64,000 nt of DNA. It comes from Tubulanus polymorphus. Its lineage: Eukaryota; Animalia; Nemertea. The stretch spans positions 20,144,950-20,208,949 of the forward strand of contig NC_134029.1 of assembly GCF_964204645.1 (NCBI RefSeq), read 5' to 3'. A model generated the notes under the pieces. It had not been told where the DNA came from, ran no database searches, and saw only the letters and a program-made list of their open reading frames with translations. A program made the translations under genes and the position numbers. This document shows, piece by piece, positions 14,351-26,735 of the stretch (the first letter of the stretch is position 1; every line of letters begins with the position of its first letter).

Positions 14351-15368
14351 TCATTTGTATCTATTCACTTTACTCAAACGCCCGTTTCTGCGTATCTGCT
14401 CCAATCTGAGCCGCACCCAATAATCCCAAGAATCTTGGTCCAGTTCTTCCACCAGTATAGGTTTAGGATCTAATCGTAATTCCCACAGCCAATCGGGATA
14501 TTCCGAATCCGGTTTCAATTCAGGATCTTGACCGTCTTTATAAATATTCGCTCCGCAGCAGAATTTAACAAGTTTTTCCGGATCCTCCTCAACTTCCAGT
14601 TCCTTTTTTTCCAGAGGCGCCACCATGCCTAATCCTTTCACTGAAATTGTAAAAAATTGAAGGGGATTGATCGAACACGTAGTTTTTCATATATAAAGCC
14701 TGGTTGTGTAACCAGATTGTTGATGACATCGAACAAAATCTCATCTAAATTTCTATAGAACGAATGAATTACGGCATTTTAAAATTCAATACCGAATATA
14801 GAATAAGTTTATTCACAAAGCCTAGACTCCTAAAAATCAAATCGTCATGTCGATCAAATAAGACAACTTCAAATTCATTCCAAGTTGATTTAATTCATAC
14901 GATACAGTCCAATGATAAAGTCAAAGAAGTAAGTGGAACCTCGTCATAACGAAATTAGATACAACGATTCATCAGATATAACAAATAGAAATATAGAATT
15001 AGGGCCTATAGAATTTTGTCCCAAATAAGAGAATTTGATTATTTTCATACTGGATGAACTATCGATTATAACGAACAGATTTTCTTATCCCATGAAGTTC
15101 GTTGTAACGAGGTCCCACTGTACAGTACAGTGAAGTGAAGGTAGTAGTAAAGAGTAAAAGACTTAAGTGCAAGAAAAAATATACATTTCAATGTCATCAC
15201 AATACACAGGCTGTTTGGGAAAGTTTAATACTTACTCCCTTTAACTCCTCCAGCCTTCTTTGCATATGTCACACATGGAATTATGGTTTTCTGATGTAGG
15301 ATGAGAGTCTTTTGTAGAAGATTTCGTGAGGATTTCAGAGCCCGGAATATTCTCATGGGCGCCGCCAT
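14351..15368 (-). CDS. MRPL54: Mitochondrial ribosomal protein L54 (mL54), ~140 aa
   Basis: Exons 15368-15236 and 14640-14351 (phase 1, GTAAGT/CAG). MAAP... presequence, YAKK, and VEEDPEKLVKFCCGANIYKDGQDPELKPDSEYPDWLW. Confidence 0.93.
14932..15122. mobile_element. pogo/Tigger-like MITE in the MRPL54 intron
   Basis: TIRs AGTGGAACCTCGTCATAACGAA / TTCGTTGTAACGAGGTCCCACTG followed by TA. Confidence 0.7.
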
Positions 15369-15840
15369 ATTGAATTTATCTTCCACCGCGACTGAAAGGA
15401 ATTTCAAGGTCAAATCTTTTAGACTGGTTGCCGGTCTTTGCCATCTAGACTGGTTGCCTGTCCCATTCACCGGTCACTGCGCATCCTCGCTTGCCAGGGG
15501 TCCGGTATCACTCCCGAACTCGCTTCCACCAGCTCGGTCAGCAGCGCTCTTGGCCTGGTCCGGGTGTCATCCAAAAATAATCATTAGAAATATAATTCTG
15601 GTTAAAGAAGATATTTTTGCATTTTGTCGATATATTATGCCAACTTTGGTTTTATAGGGTTATCAACCTTTGATGTGGCGCTAGCGGACGGACGAGCAAT
15701 TATCAGATGGCAACAAGCAACTGGCATGTCCCTTCAGGTCTTCCATACTGTCGCGTCGGGGCAGCGGCGCGCAGAGAATCCGCGGGTCCTCACTACTTCC
15801 GGTGTGGAGTCGTGACCCGCCATATTGAAATGTGGTAAGT
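15360..15840. promoter_or_regulatory. Bidirectional housekeeping-type promoter (MRPL54 / orphan + strand first exon)
   Basis: GC-rich; YY1-like CGCCATATTG at 15363 and 15818; ETS-like ACTTCCGG at 15795; + strand donor G|GTAAGT at 15835. Confidence 0.55.
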
Positions 15841-16215
15841 CTTGGAATTTTTCCGTTTTTTATTCTTGAATAATATCTATGTATTAGGTTAACAGTTCGC
15901 TATAAACCCCGGAGATGCAGGTACTAAACACCGTCTCTAAAACTGACCTGAGACCCGCCGCCAAACAATATTCAAAATCGTTTTTGAAGCACGTCACGTG
16001 TGTCGTCGTCACGGTTCGGTGGTCCGCACCTTCACCTTGTCCTTGCCTGTGACTGTGATTGTGTTGTGTACGTATGAGGGAGAAATTATCCGAGTTATCC
16101 TACAATAATTATTCAAACACATTGAGAACAAACTGTTGAATTAGTTACATGTGACCCTAGCCTGCTTGTTGAAAACAAATATCTAACAGCAAATGCAATA
16201 AATCTGCTAGCTAAG

Positions 16216-16485
16216 AAGGCCCGGACACACTGGGCGAACAGCAGCAGCCGCTTATTTTGAAACGACCAGCATCTAGCGCCACCTTGCTATCATGTGAACC
16301 GTCGAAGAGCCGTGATTGGCAGGTTAATACAGCGCTCGAGGGACTGATCGTCGTACCCGGAGACACTGGGTCGCCGGCGACAGAATGGGTTCGGGCGATT
16401 TCGTTGGCCGACTAAGTCGCCCAAGGCGATTGCCCGAACACACTGGGAGATTTACCGACGAAATCGCCCAGTGTGTCCGGGCCTT
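16216..16485. mobile_element. MITE with 22-bp perfect TIRs (PIF/Harbinger-like termini)
   Basis: AAGGCCCGGACACACTGGGCGA at 16216-16237 and its exact reverse complement at 16464-16485; internal CCCG.A.ACACTGGG subterminal repeats. Confidence 0.8.
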
Positions 16486-16696
16486 TAGTGATATTGTTTG
16501 AAGATCGAGGTCTTCAACACACTAACAGTGTGTGGTGAATATTACCAGTAATAATTGTGGCGAAAATGGACCCTGTTTCTGTTTAACACCTCTGGTTCAT
16601 TTTTGTTTCAGCACCTCATCCTTTCCTCCGATATCTCCGGGTGGGGCGATTTTATTTGTATATATATATATGTATCTGTTTTCGATGGTTTAAATT

Positions 16697-18449
16697 TGTA
16701 GTCTGAAAATTTGGACACTGTAAAGTTTTTCAGGCGTCTCGTTACGGTCTATTCGCGTTCAGGTCGGGGTTTGGATCAGTTTCTGTCAGGAAATAGCACG
16801 ATCAAATCTTTTTATTCGGCTTTTATCGTAAATTCGCGCTATAACATTCAAGTTACTTACCTTTAGTCTATTCTTTTGATATCGTTTTTTTACTTTAGAA
16901 CTGCCGTTTGGTAATGTCATAATCCTATTTTCATCATATTTACATAGTTTGATTTGTTTTCTTCGGTTCCTCGCTCGGCGAGTTGAGCTTTGTCGCACCG
17001 CTAGGCGGCTTACTATTCTTGCGCGCGTACATCAAACTCGGGTTTGATATTGGAATTTCGTTTTTATCCACTTTAATGTATTCTTTTGGTATTTTTAGCG
17101 CGTGTATTGACTATATTTAATTTCTGGGAGCATTAATCTTCCTGTTAACTATTTTATTCGCGTTCTATTTAGTGCGCGCTCTTGGCCTACTTCGCGCGTA
17201 GTGATATCACTACTGGCCAATGAGCGCACTCGGATTCCTATAAAAGGCGGGTCGTTCGAGCGTGTCGGACATTCCGATCTTTGGTATCATCACGCGTCAC
17301 ACGCAGAATTCCGACTTTACTATTGACTTTGCTATCGAGAACATGAGTTATATATAAGATGTAAGAGATTGATCCTTCCTATCTCGCCTTCGGGTTGGAT
17401 ATGATCATCTTGTCCAACCCGAAGGAAGCAAATTATTTATTCGCGTTAACTTACGTACGATCGTCTGGCCGAGTTTGATTTTCGGGCGAGTTTGATTTTC
17501 GGGCGAGTTTGACTTTTCGGCCGAGTTTGATGTCGCCGTTTATGACTATCTTCTAGTTAAACTTTTACCGGCCGACAGAGCGTCACCGATCAAGATATTT
17601 CGTCGAGCAAGCTTGTGTACATATTCGTTATCTACCCGCCGGGTGCTTCGATTTTTAAATTATTTTCTTGCCGATTTGATTCGCTCTCGGTCGGGCGATT
17701 TAAATGTTAATAAATGTATATATCTAACATATTCCGAGCGATGATTTGAGATCGTCGTTAGGACCTTTCGAGTCTCGTACTGTACGCCCGAATGAGACAT
17801 GCATTTTTGACGCGACCTCGACGCGAGACTTTTTCGAGACGCGCCGCGAACTAAGAGAATTTAAAGATATGCTGTTAATTTTATTGACTTAGTTACATTA
17901 AATTTGAGAGTCCACGGGCTCTTATCTTATGACGATTTATATAAGTCTTATATCTTCGTCTTTTCTGAACGAGGAGAGGAGTTCCGCCGCTATTTTTCAC
18001 CTCAGTGCCAATCTATTATTATTCGTCTTTATGAGAGGACCAGTTCGATCAGGGACGTGTCAGCAGTAGTTAGATGGAGACCATCAATCGAGGATCCGAA
18101 CCCTCAGTCCTTTATTGACTGATGGCCTTCATCCGGGGGTAGTCATGACAGAGTGTCATACGTAGAGAACGGTAGATGTTGGGGAGAACTAGGTTCGAAC
18201 CCGAGCGAAATCCTGGCCAGGTAGTCGCCTACTTGGATGCTGAGCCCTGATCATGGAATGAGAAGGATGAATATTTATTTGACGATAATTTAGACAAGAA
18301 TTTATATCTTTTCCCTGAGGAGGAATTACTTCCCCCAATATTTTCGTATAACCCGATTATATTGTTTCAGGGCGAACCCTAGTAGCAAACGCCTATTTTA
18401 CTTATCCAACCCTAAAAAGAAACACGCTACCCAGGAGAGAAACGCTACA
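16697..18449 (+). mobile_element. Candidate solo LTR (~1.75 kb)
   Basis: Ends TGTAG...CTACA; internal CCAAT (17216) and TATAAAAG (17238); 17-bp tandem GAGTTTGATTTTCGGGC at 17470-17530. The target-site duplication is not clean. Confidence 0.4.
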
Positions 18450-18692
18450 ATTGTTACAGATACACACAACAGATTTCATCAATTGATCCTTTTTCAACGG
18501 TCAATTCGAATCAGTTATAAACAACAATATGAACAACTGCCCCCCTCACTGACTGTAACTAGGCTGAGATCAATTAATCATCTTTTAGAAAAGGTTTGTC
18601 TCTCAGTAACTGATATCTGTGAATAGTCTACAATCAACAGATACCACATTTAAATCTTATATTCTTTATTTCAGGCATAGTCAAGAGCAACG

Positions 18693-19152
18693 CTGTAGGA
18701 GCATCAGAGGAGTATCTTAGGAGTAGCGGGAGTATCGTAGGAGCAGCGGGAGTATCGTAGGAACAGTGCAGGAGTATCATAGGAGCAGCAGGAGTATCAT
18801 AGGAGCAGTGCAGGAGCATCATAGGAGCAGTGCAGGAGTATCGTAGGAGCAGCTGGAGTATTGTAGGAGCAGCAGGAGTATCGTAGGAGTATTGTAGGAG
18901 CAGCAGGAGTATCATAGGAGCAGCAGTAGTGTCGAAGGAGCAGCAGGAGTATCGTAGAAGTATTGTAGGAGCAGCAGGAGTATCATAGGAGCAGCAGTAG
19001 TGTCGAAGGAGCAGCAGGAGTATCATAGGAGCAGCAGGAGTATCGTAGGAGCAGTGCAGGAGTATCGTTGGAGCAGTGCAGGAGTATCGTTGGAGCAGTG
19101 CAGGGGTATCGTTGGAGCAGTGCAGGAGTATCGTAGGAGCAGTGCAGGAGCA
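18693..19152. repeat. Minisatellite (GGAGCAG(TG)CAGGAGTATCGTA)n
   Basis: ~20 degenerate 21-23 bp units. Confidence 0.92.
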
Positions 19153-19187
19153 CCTGAATGAATCACAGAAGAGATAAGTAGTTTAAG

Positions 19188-22100
19188 AATTATGTCTTCA
19201 TTGATACCACTTATTGATGGAGGAGTTGAAGATGTTCAGGACCAGAATTCAGTTGATCTCCTTACAGACTAAAACAAAATGTAGAATCATTATAACGGTT
19301 ATTGAATTTGTCTCCCGCAAGTATCTGTATCCATCTTCAGCTCACTTCACACTCAGCTATAGATCAGTTCCTTACAGCGACCACTGAATCAACCTAAACA
19401 ATTGAAATAATGATAACACATTCTATTTATGAATACATATGAAGCACATCTAAAACCAAAGTGATAAAAAATAGAAAGTTGTAAAATGTTTTCTGAGGCA
19501 GTCTGATTTGTGTCAGATTGTAACTGTAGAAGTTTCACTCATTGTTTCAGTCTAATTGAGATATGACTGATGTACATGTAACATTGACTGTGTAACACTG
19601 CTGTTATTTGTTCACTTATTCCTCCTTAGTGTGAAGAATGTTTGTTCTCTCATCTTCATTAGCCATAAGAATCATTCTCATCCATCTAACTACAACATCG
19701 TAACATTTCTACTCATCTTATCATAGAGGGAATGAGTTGTATGAGGTTTGGGTATGGAATGGGGCGGGGTATGGTGTAGTTGACTGTTAGGGTAGGATAT
19801 GGTAATGTGATAAGGTAAGGTCGGTTGGATGATGCAGGGTTGTTTGATGTGGTTGGATTCGATGATGAGTTTAATATAGAACTGTTTGGGGGTAAGTGAT
19901 GTAAGTGGTAGTGTACGATGTGTATGTTCGGAGGGTGTATGATGACGGATTGAAAGGTTGCTGGTAGAGGGCGGTACAGTAGCATCCTCACTCACCAGGG
20001 GTCGGGTTGCTTCCTGCAGTTGCTCACGTCGACACAAACGCTGACCGAAACTTTATTTATCGGTTGGAATACGAGGAATTATTCAGCCAATGAAAGCAGA
20101 GTAATTATCAGATGTGAGCTTCAGCAGAACGCAACCAGACCGTGGCGAGTGAGGATGTGTAGTAGTGATACTGGTATGGTATGTGTAAGATAGGGGGTGT
20201 TGTGTTGAGGATAGGGTAAGGCATGGTTAGATTAATATGAAAGTGTAAGTTTAGGTAATGTTGGGGCAGGATGTTTGGTGTTGTTGAGGTTCCGTTCATT
20301 AAGTACGTACACAAGAAATATGACCTTATTTCAAGGTCCTACCTTGTGTACGCACATTGTACTATATTGCCGATGACCTCCTACCTTAGTACACAATGAT
20401 TGATCATGTATTATAAAACATTGATAAACATTGATAAGCCATAAAGCTAGCTCCTCTTGAAGGGATTTACTAGGATGCAGCCTTTTAAAGGGCAATGAAT
20501 TCATTATATTGTTCCAGGCTCATGGCTGAACTAATACCTACAGATGAGTAGCCAGGCTACTACAAAATTGTACAGTAAAAATTAGAGCACTTTGTGTAAA
20601 TAGCTACCTAGCTTTGTATGCGGATCGCAGATCGTACACTTTTGCTGTTGAGGTCCTACTTAGGGCTTCGTGCTGAATGGACGGTTCCTTGAATGAAGGG
20701 TGAATTTATCCATGTTTTCACTAAATAACGGGGTTTTTGCTGTGTTTTGAATGGGGCAACAGTAAAATGTTTTGAACAATGGTGAGTGATGCTCCTGGCG
20801 CTCCTTCACTAATCTATAGACAGTACTGAAGTACGGCTCCAGAGATTGTCTCTATCAATACTGATGCATCATCTCCCCCCCCCCCCACAACTTCTTTAGA
20901 TAGTTTCTGTCTGATTCGTCGGGAAATGGTGACATGAATGGTGACAGGACAGTACAGGGTCGTGAGGGGTGATGTTGGGGTAGGGTCATGCGATTCAGAG
21001 AAAGTGGACCGGTCCAGAGTTGCAGTTGGGATACAGTACGAGCCTGTGTAGAAATTGGACCGGTCCGGAGTTGGAGATGGGATACAGTACGAGCTCGTGT
21101 AGAAAGCCCTTCGTTTTGAGTACACTGGTATTTTTGAAATGAGTTTCACTCATGTATGCACTGACTGAAAATACTCACATGTGTATTTTCTCAAGTTGAA
21201 CTAGTGTTTTGATCTGCATTCATTATGACATTCACTGACATGTTGCGCAGCGTAATTGAATACAAGCCTGTATAGGAAGCCAGTCCTTTTGAATGCGCGG
21301 CTCATTTACAAAATATAGGTACGTGCAAAATTCTGATATGCGTTTATTTTGCAAATATTGATGATGAAGATCGGCTTTCGGCATGTCCTTAACAGGATAG
21401 AATCTAACAGAGTGATTTCAACTTGGATGTAAATACTTCGAGGGTTTATATCAGTAGTATCGTACCTAGTCTTACCTCCTTCCCTACCTCCCTCCCGCGC
21501 TAACTATTCCAAAATCTCTATATGAAATACATCGAGAATGATGCTAATGAAGATTGAATTCATCGATTCATTTAGGAATTGAAACTTGTTTCATGGAACA
21601 AATGGTGCTGCAAATAAACAATATCATCAAACAATGATATGATTCTGTTTGACTAGTGAACTGCTGCCCTACTACTGGTTTTAAAAGCACTGATTGAGAT
21701 GGATTTAAACCCAGTTCAATTACTATATTTCCTATACACTTACTGCCGGGTGGTACTGACACATAGCAAGGAGAGATAGAGAGAGAGAGAGATAGAGTGA
21801 GCCATAAGAAAAAGAAAGAACATGAAAAGAGTGGGGTCTGAGAGCAATTCGAAGGTTTAGTGTCCTGCTGGCTTATCGAGCGGGCAGGGGTCTATTCCTA
21901 CCTCAACTCAACAAAGGTGAGCTTAAAGCCACCAAGCACAAAAGTGGGGTCTGAAGGGTACTCCACTGCTGGCTTAAAGGGCGGGCAGTGGTCTATTCCT
22001 ACCTCACGTGCTTAAAAATGTTTGCAAAAAATGGCAAATAAGATATATATAGTGTGTGAGAGTGAGAGTGAGAGTGAGAGAGAGGCTGAGTTTCATGTAT

Positions 22101-24025
22101 CACTGGGTGTAACGTGATATAAGAAATAATTCACAGAAAATCTTGAATAATTTTATTGTGGGTTCAGAGTCTATTTCTCATCAGTTTGCTATTTGTAAAG
22201 CTTGTAGTTGGATAAAAACTAGTCAGAGATTTGTGAATCAGAAGATTTTGCCGTCATTTGCTTCATCAAGAATCGTTCACTTGTTAAATGAATGATGTGA
22301 CACACATGTAAATACTTTTACTGATTTGTCATTGTTTGTGATGGTGTCTTAATATTCAACATCTTACAGGTATCATCTCCTATTATTTCAAATAGAATTG
22401 AGGAGTAGTTTGAGTGAATGGGAGGCTTGAAAAAATATTTCACTCAAGTTCCATTAGATTTAGTTTGACATTATCTGATTGATTTTAGTGTCTCGACTAC
22501 TTTTCAACCAGTAGTTCATTGTAGGTTTGTCGGGAATTGTAAATAGACTTAAGATTTTCGATAAGAGAGTCGTTCACCAACAAGGTTTTAGACGTCACAT
22601 CCATAGCTCCTTCCGCTACCAGGGAATTCATTTTTACCCAATAATGATAATTATCATGGAATATGTATGGAATAGTGAAAAATTCTAAATATGAATAGGA
22701 ATTGCATTGAGATGTCTAACGGGAGTGGCTTGGAGGCGGCTGAGAGATGGACCGACCCCATCAATCACTCATCACACTCTGTACTGTCCTAGCTCCACCC
22801 ATTATATCACATCATGTACCTCTCAACCTTCCACAGACACCACCACCCCTGACCATTTCTATACCGAATTCACCCTCGCCTCAACAACACCAAACATCCT
22901 GACCCCACATTTCCAGGGTCTGATCTAAGCACTTGTCTGATTGCCCGGGACAAGCATATTCTCATCAGGGCTAGTAGGTTATCATTATCACTTGTCCCCT
23001 GGGCTAGTGAAATTTTATGTATTTCATGTCACAAAACTTTTTGCCAATCGATACAACAGTTGGAGTGCTTGTGTAGGGCAAGTAGATTTTGGAGGGGGCA
23101 AGTGAAATTTTTAGATATGCTTGCTCCTTAGATCGGACCTCGAACTTACACTTTCATATTACTCTAACTGTACCTTACTCTATCCTTAAAACAACACCCC
23201 CTACCTTACACATACCATACCAGCATCACACCTGTACCGCCCTCTACCAGCAACCTTTCAATCCATTATCATACACCTCCCTAACTATACATCGTACACT
23301 ACCACATACACCCACCCCAAACAGTTCTATATCAAACCCATCATCTAATCCAGCCATATCAAACAACCCTGCATCATCCAACCTGACCTTGCCTTATCAC
23401 GATGTCCCATCCTCCCCTAACGTGTCAACTCCCATACCCTGTCTCATTCCATACCCAAGCGCCATACTCCTCATTCCCTCTATGATTAGATGAGTAGAAA
23501 TGTTACGATGTTGTAGTTAGGCGGATGAGAATGATTCTTATCGCTAATGAAGATGAGAGAACAAACATTCATCACACTAAGGAGGAATAAGTGAACTAAT
23601 GACTGCAGTGTTACACAGTCAATGTTACATGTACATCAGTTATAACTCTATTAGACTGAAACAATGAGTGAAACTTCTACAGTTACAATCTGACACAAAT
23701 CAGACTGCCTCAGAAAACATTTTACAACTTTCTCTTTTTCTATCACTTTGGTTTCAGATGTGCTTCATATGTATTCATTAATAGATTGTGTTATTATTAT
23801 TTCAGTTGTTATGATTAGGTTGATTCAGTGGTCGCTGTAAGGAACTGATCTATAGCTGAGTGTGAAGTGAGCTGAAGATGGATGCAGATACTTGCTGGAG
23901 ACAAATTCCACAACCGTTATAATGATTCTACATTTTGTTTTAGTCTGTTTGGAGATAAACTGAATTCTGGGCCTGAACATCTTCAACTCCTCCATCAATA
24001 AGTGGTATGAATGACGATAGAATTT
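19188..24025. repeat. Long inverted repeat (arms ~19188-20290 and ~22879-24025)
   Basis: Examples: ATACCACTTATTGATGGAGGAGTTGAAGATGTTCAGG (19204) versus its reverse complement ending at 24008; CTACAACATCGTAACATTTCTACTCATC (19690) versus 23489. Each arm carries its own insertions. Confidence 0.9.
22914..23140. mobile_element. CAGGGTC(C/T)GATCT-TIR MITE inserted in the right arm of the long inverted repeat
   Basis: CAGGGTCTGATCTAAG...CTTAGATCGGACC; absent from the left arm. Confidence 0.75.
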
Positions 24026-25538
24026 CAACAGTTTATTTCATGATTTCCTGCAATAGAATTTGATAAATTGAAGAATCTGTAATTTTGATTTCAGTGTCAA
24101 TCATTGCTGAGGAGTTGTAGAATCTGATATAGAACTGATTTTCATAGTCAGCTACAGATATTGCTGGTACGTATTACATGTTTATGGATGTAATAGAATA
24201 ATATTTATTCATCATCATTACCATCACACTAGTTCTGCCTCCTCAGTAGCAGGCAGTAATGTGCCTCCTGAGGAGGCAATCAGTCCTCTTGCAATCACAG
24301 ATTGCCCGTTCTTGTGCTGCCACTCTTAAGGTGGTCAGGTGACATTGGGTCTTACTTTTAGTTCAACTGAGTGTTTGCTTCTCAGGTCGACTCTTAGTTG
24401 CCATTGGAGGTTGGAGCGTTGTCTTACCTGACTAGATTGCCTAACCACCTGGTATTGTTAATGATTTCCCATTTCGTTTTAACCTGCTAGGAAATGACCA
24501 ATTACCAAAAGACGACCAGGGATCGCCAATTACCAGAAGACCTGGGATGATCAATTGCCAGAAATGACCAATGGCTAGGCAGGCCATGACCAGCGATAAC
24601 AGATTGCCAGTATAATTGTATGATTGATTTTCTGTTTGTGAATGAACTTGAGAACAGTCGCTGCTCTTTAATCCCATCAGTTACAGCCACGTTATGATAA
24701 AATTTCAGTTTAAATCTCTTGCACACGATCACCTCTATCTTACCTCTATCTCACCTCTATAATAAATGCTAATGTTTTATTTTAACTCTCATCAATCAAA
24801 ACGTGGTTGTCATTGATAGAATTAGAGATGCTATACAGCTGGCTGATAGTCATAATTCAAAACCTTTAATTGTGTTGTAGAACAAGTTCACAGAAACTGA
24901 AATCGCAGAATCTATTTTGTAAATCTGAATAAATGTATTTATTATTGTGTTGTGTTGTTTATTCAGCGCGATCTGTCGTGATTCAATCACATGATCCGCT
25001 CTTTATGTCAACTCCCTCCAAAATTCTGGATCCGGTGTTATTAATTGTTTTAGACCATAGAACAGAGTTTTATGTTTGGGGCGTTAAATCTTAAGACGAG
25101 TCCCAAGTTGTTATACATTGCTTACAGTGAAGTGATTTTCTATAACAACTTTGAACCAAGCTATCAATCAGGTCTCGCAATTGCATTTAATTTGTAATTG
25201 ATAATCATCTTTACACGCTGAACTCTTACAAATTCTCTATTGCCATTCTTCCATAATCCGAAACTCATCCAGGTTTTTTAAAGTAAAGCCGCGCACGTTG
25301 GCGATCTTCCCATGGACTGGTTGCCGGTCTACTTGACTGGTCGCCTATTCGCAGAGAACTACTGAAGACAGAGACCGATAACCAGTCTGCCTATCTGCGG
25401 TCTATCTTCAATTAGAATGGGACAGGCAATCAGTCTACGAATGAAGGGTGAAGATGCAGGGAGGGTAGCGATACTGACCCTTGGCAAGCGAAAGTCTCAA
25501 ATCAATAAGCGATCTCCAACTTTAAAGGTCATTTAACT

Positions 25539-25828
25539 TTTAGGGGGCAGAACCCGAAAATGGCCGGGCAATGAATGATCACACTAACGAACCAAGTTGA
25601 ATGCTCGCTTGCCACAGTCGTGTGTTCACCATATAATTATTCCGTTATAGTTCTATGATTATACACAGAGAACAGCCCGGCAGCGGTAGCCTTAAATACT
25701 GTGTATAATCATAGAACTATAACGGAATAATTATATGGTGAACACACGACTGTGGCAAGCGAGCATTCAACTTGGTTCGTTAGTGTGATCATTCATTGCC
25801 CGGCCATTTTCGGGTTCTGCCCCCTAAA
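25539..25828. repeat. Perfect 130-bp inverted repeat with 30-bp spacer
   Basis: 25539-25668 is the exact reverse complement of 25699-25828. Confidence 0.95.
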
Positions 25829-26309
25829 TACCAGCCACAGCCCTGAGTATAACCTAGTTCATCCGCAGCCGCCGGGTCACTTCAAACTGTTATAATCACT
25901 TCAGTTCATAGGCTAGGTCGAGAGTGACCGGCGTCCGACGTCTTGAGCTCACGTGGATCAGGGGTCGCGATAGCGATGCACCACTGACACGAAGGTTCTC
26001 AGTGAAAGCCAGATCCGACCATTGGATCTTCTCATAGCCCGACCCTACCAGCGAACAGCCTATCTGGTCAATATTGAAATGTCCCATCGGTCCACAGAGT
26101 AAAATCGCCAAGCCAGTCATTCATCTCTTGCTCTCGCTTCACTGTGCCGACATAATTCTGATTCTCCTGTCGTTCCTTGCAACGCTGCGCCTTTCCATAA
26201 TCTGTTCTTTTTTCATCGTCTAATATGTTCTCTCCTTTTCGGGGCCGATTTATCTTCGAAATTCTGTGTTCTATGCTGTCCGAAAGCGTCAGCTCTCCTT
26301 CGTCAGTCT

Positions 26310-26735
26310 CGTGTGGAGAACGTCGGGACGAGTTAGATGATGTCCCTACGTGCCTTCGCACGGGGAACGCAAACCAGTTTGACAACGCCTCACTTTTACT
26401 ATCTAACTACAGGGTGTGCTGGATGACGTCGGATTGCTCGGGGTAATTGAGTGGTCATACTGGTCTCGGCGGCAGAACTCGATCCAACCTGGTTCATTCA
26501 CTGGCAGTAGCTAACTCTATTTCAAGCCATTGGTTCACCGGCAGAACTCGATCCAACCTGGATCATTCAGTTTGTGGTACTCTTTTTTGTCCTGAGCAAT
26601 CTGGCAGATTTTTCAGATATTGGTGCCGTCCAGCGCACCCTGTAGGTAGGTGATGAAAGTGAGGCACTGTCGTTCCCCGTGCGAAAGGACGTAAGGACAG
26701 TGTTTCCTGGCTGGGTCGTCACCTGTTCTCTGCGC
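26310..26735. repeat. Degenerate inverted repeat (~120-bp arms) enclosing a direct repeat
   Basis: TGTCCCTACGTGCCTTCGCACGGGGAACG (26341) pairs with CGTTCCCCGTGCGAAAGGACGTAAGGACA (26671); CTACAGGGTGTGCTGGA pairs with TCCAGCGCACCCTGTAG. The loop contains GGCAGAACTCGATCCAACCTGG twice. Confidence 0.85.

Noticed and set aside
18634-19026. 130-aa Cys/Tyr-repeat ORF
   Set aside because: Translation of a minisatellite.
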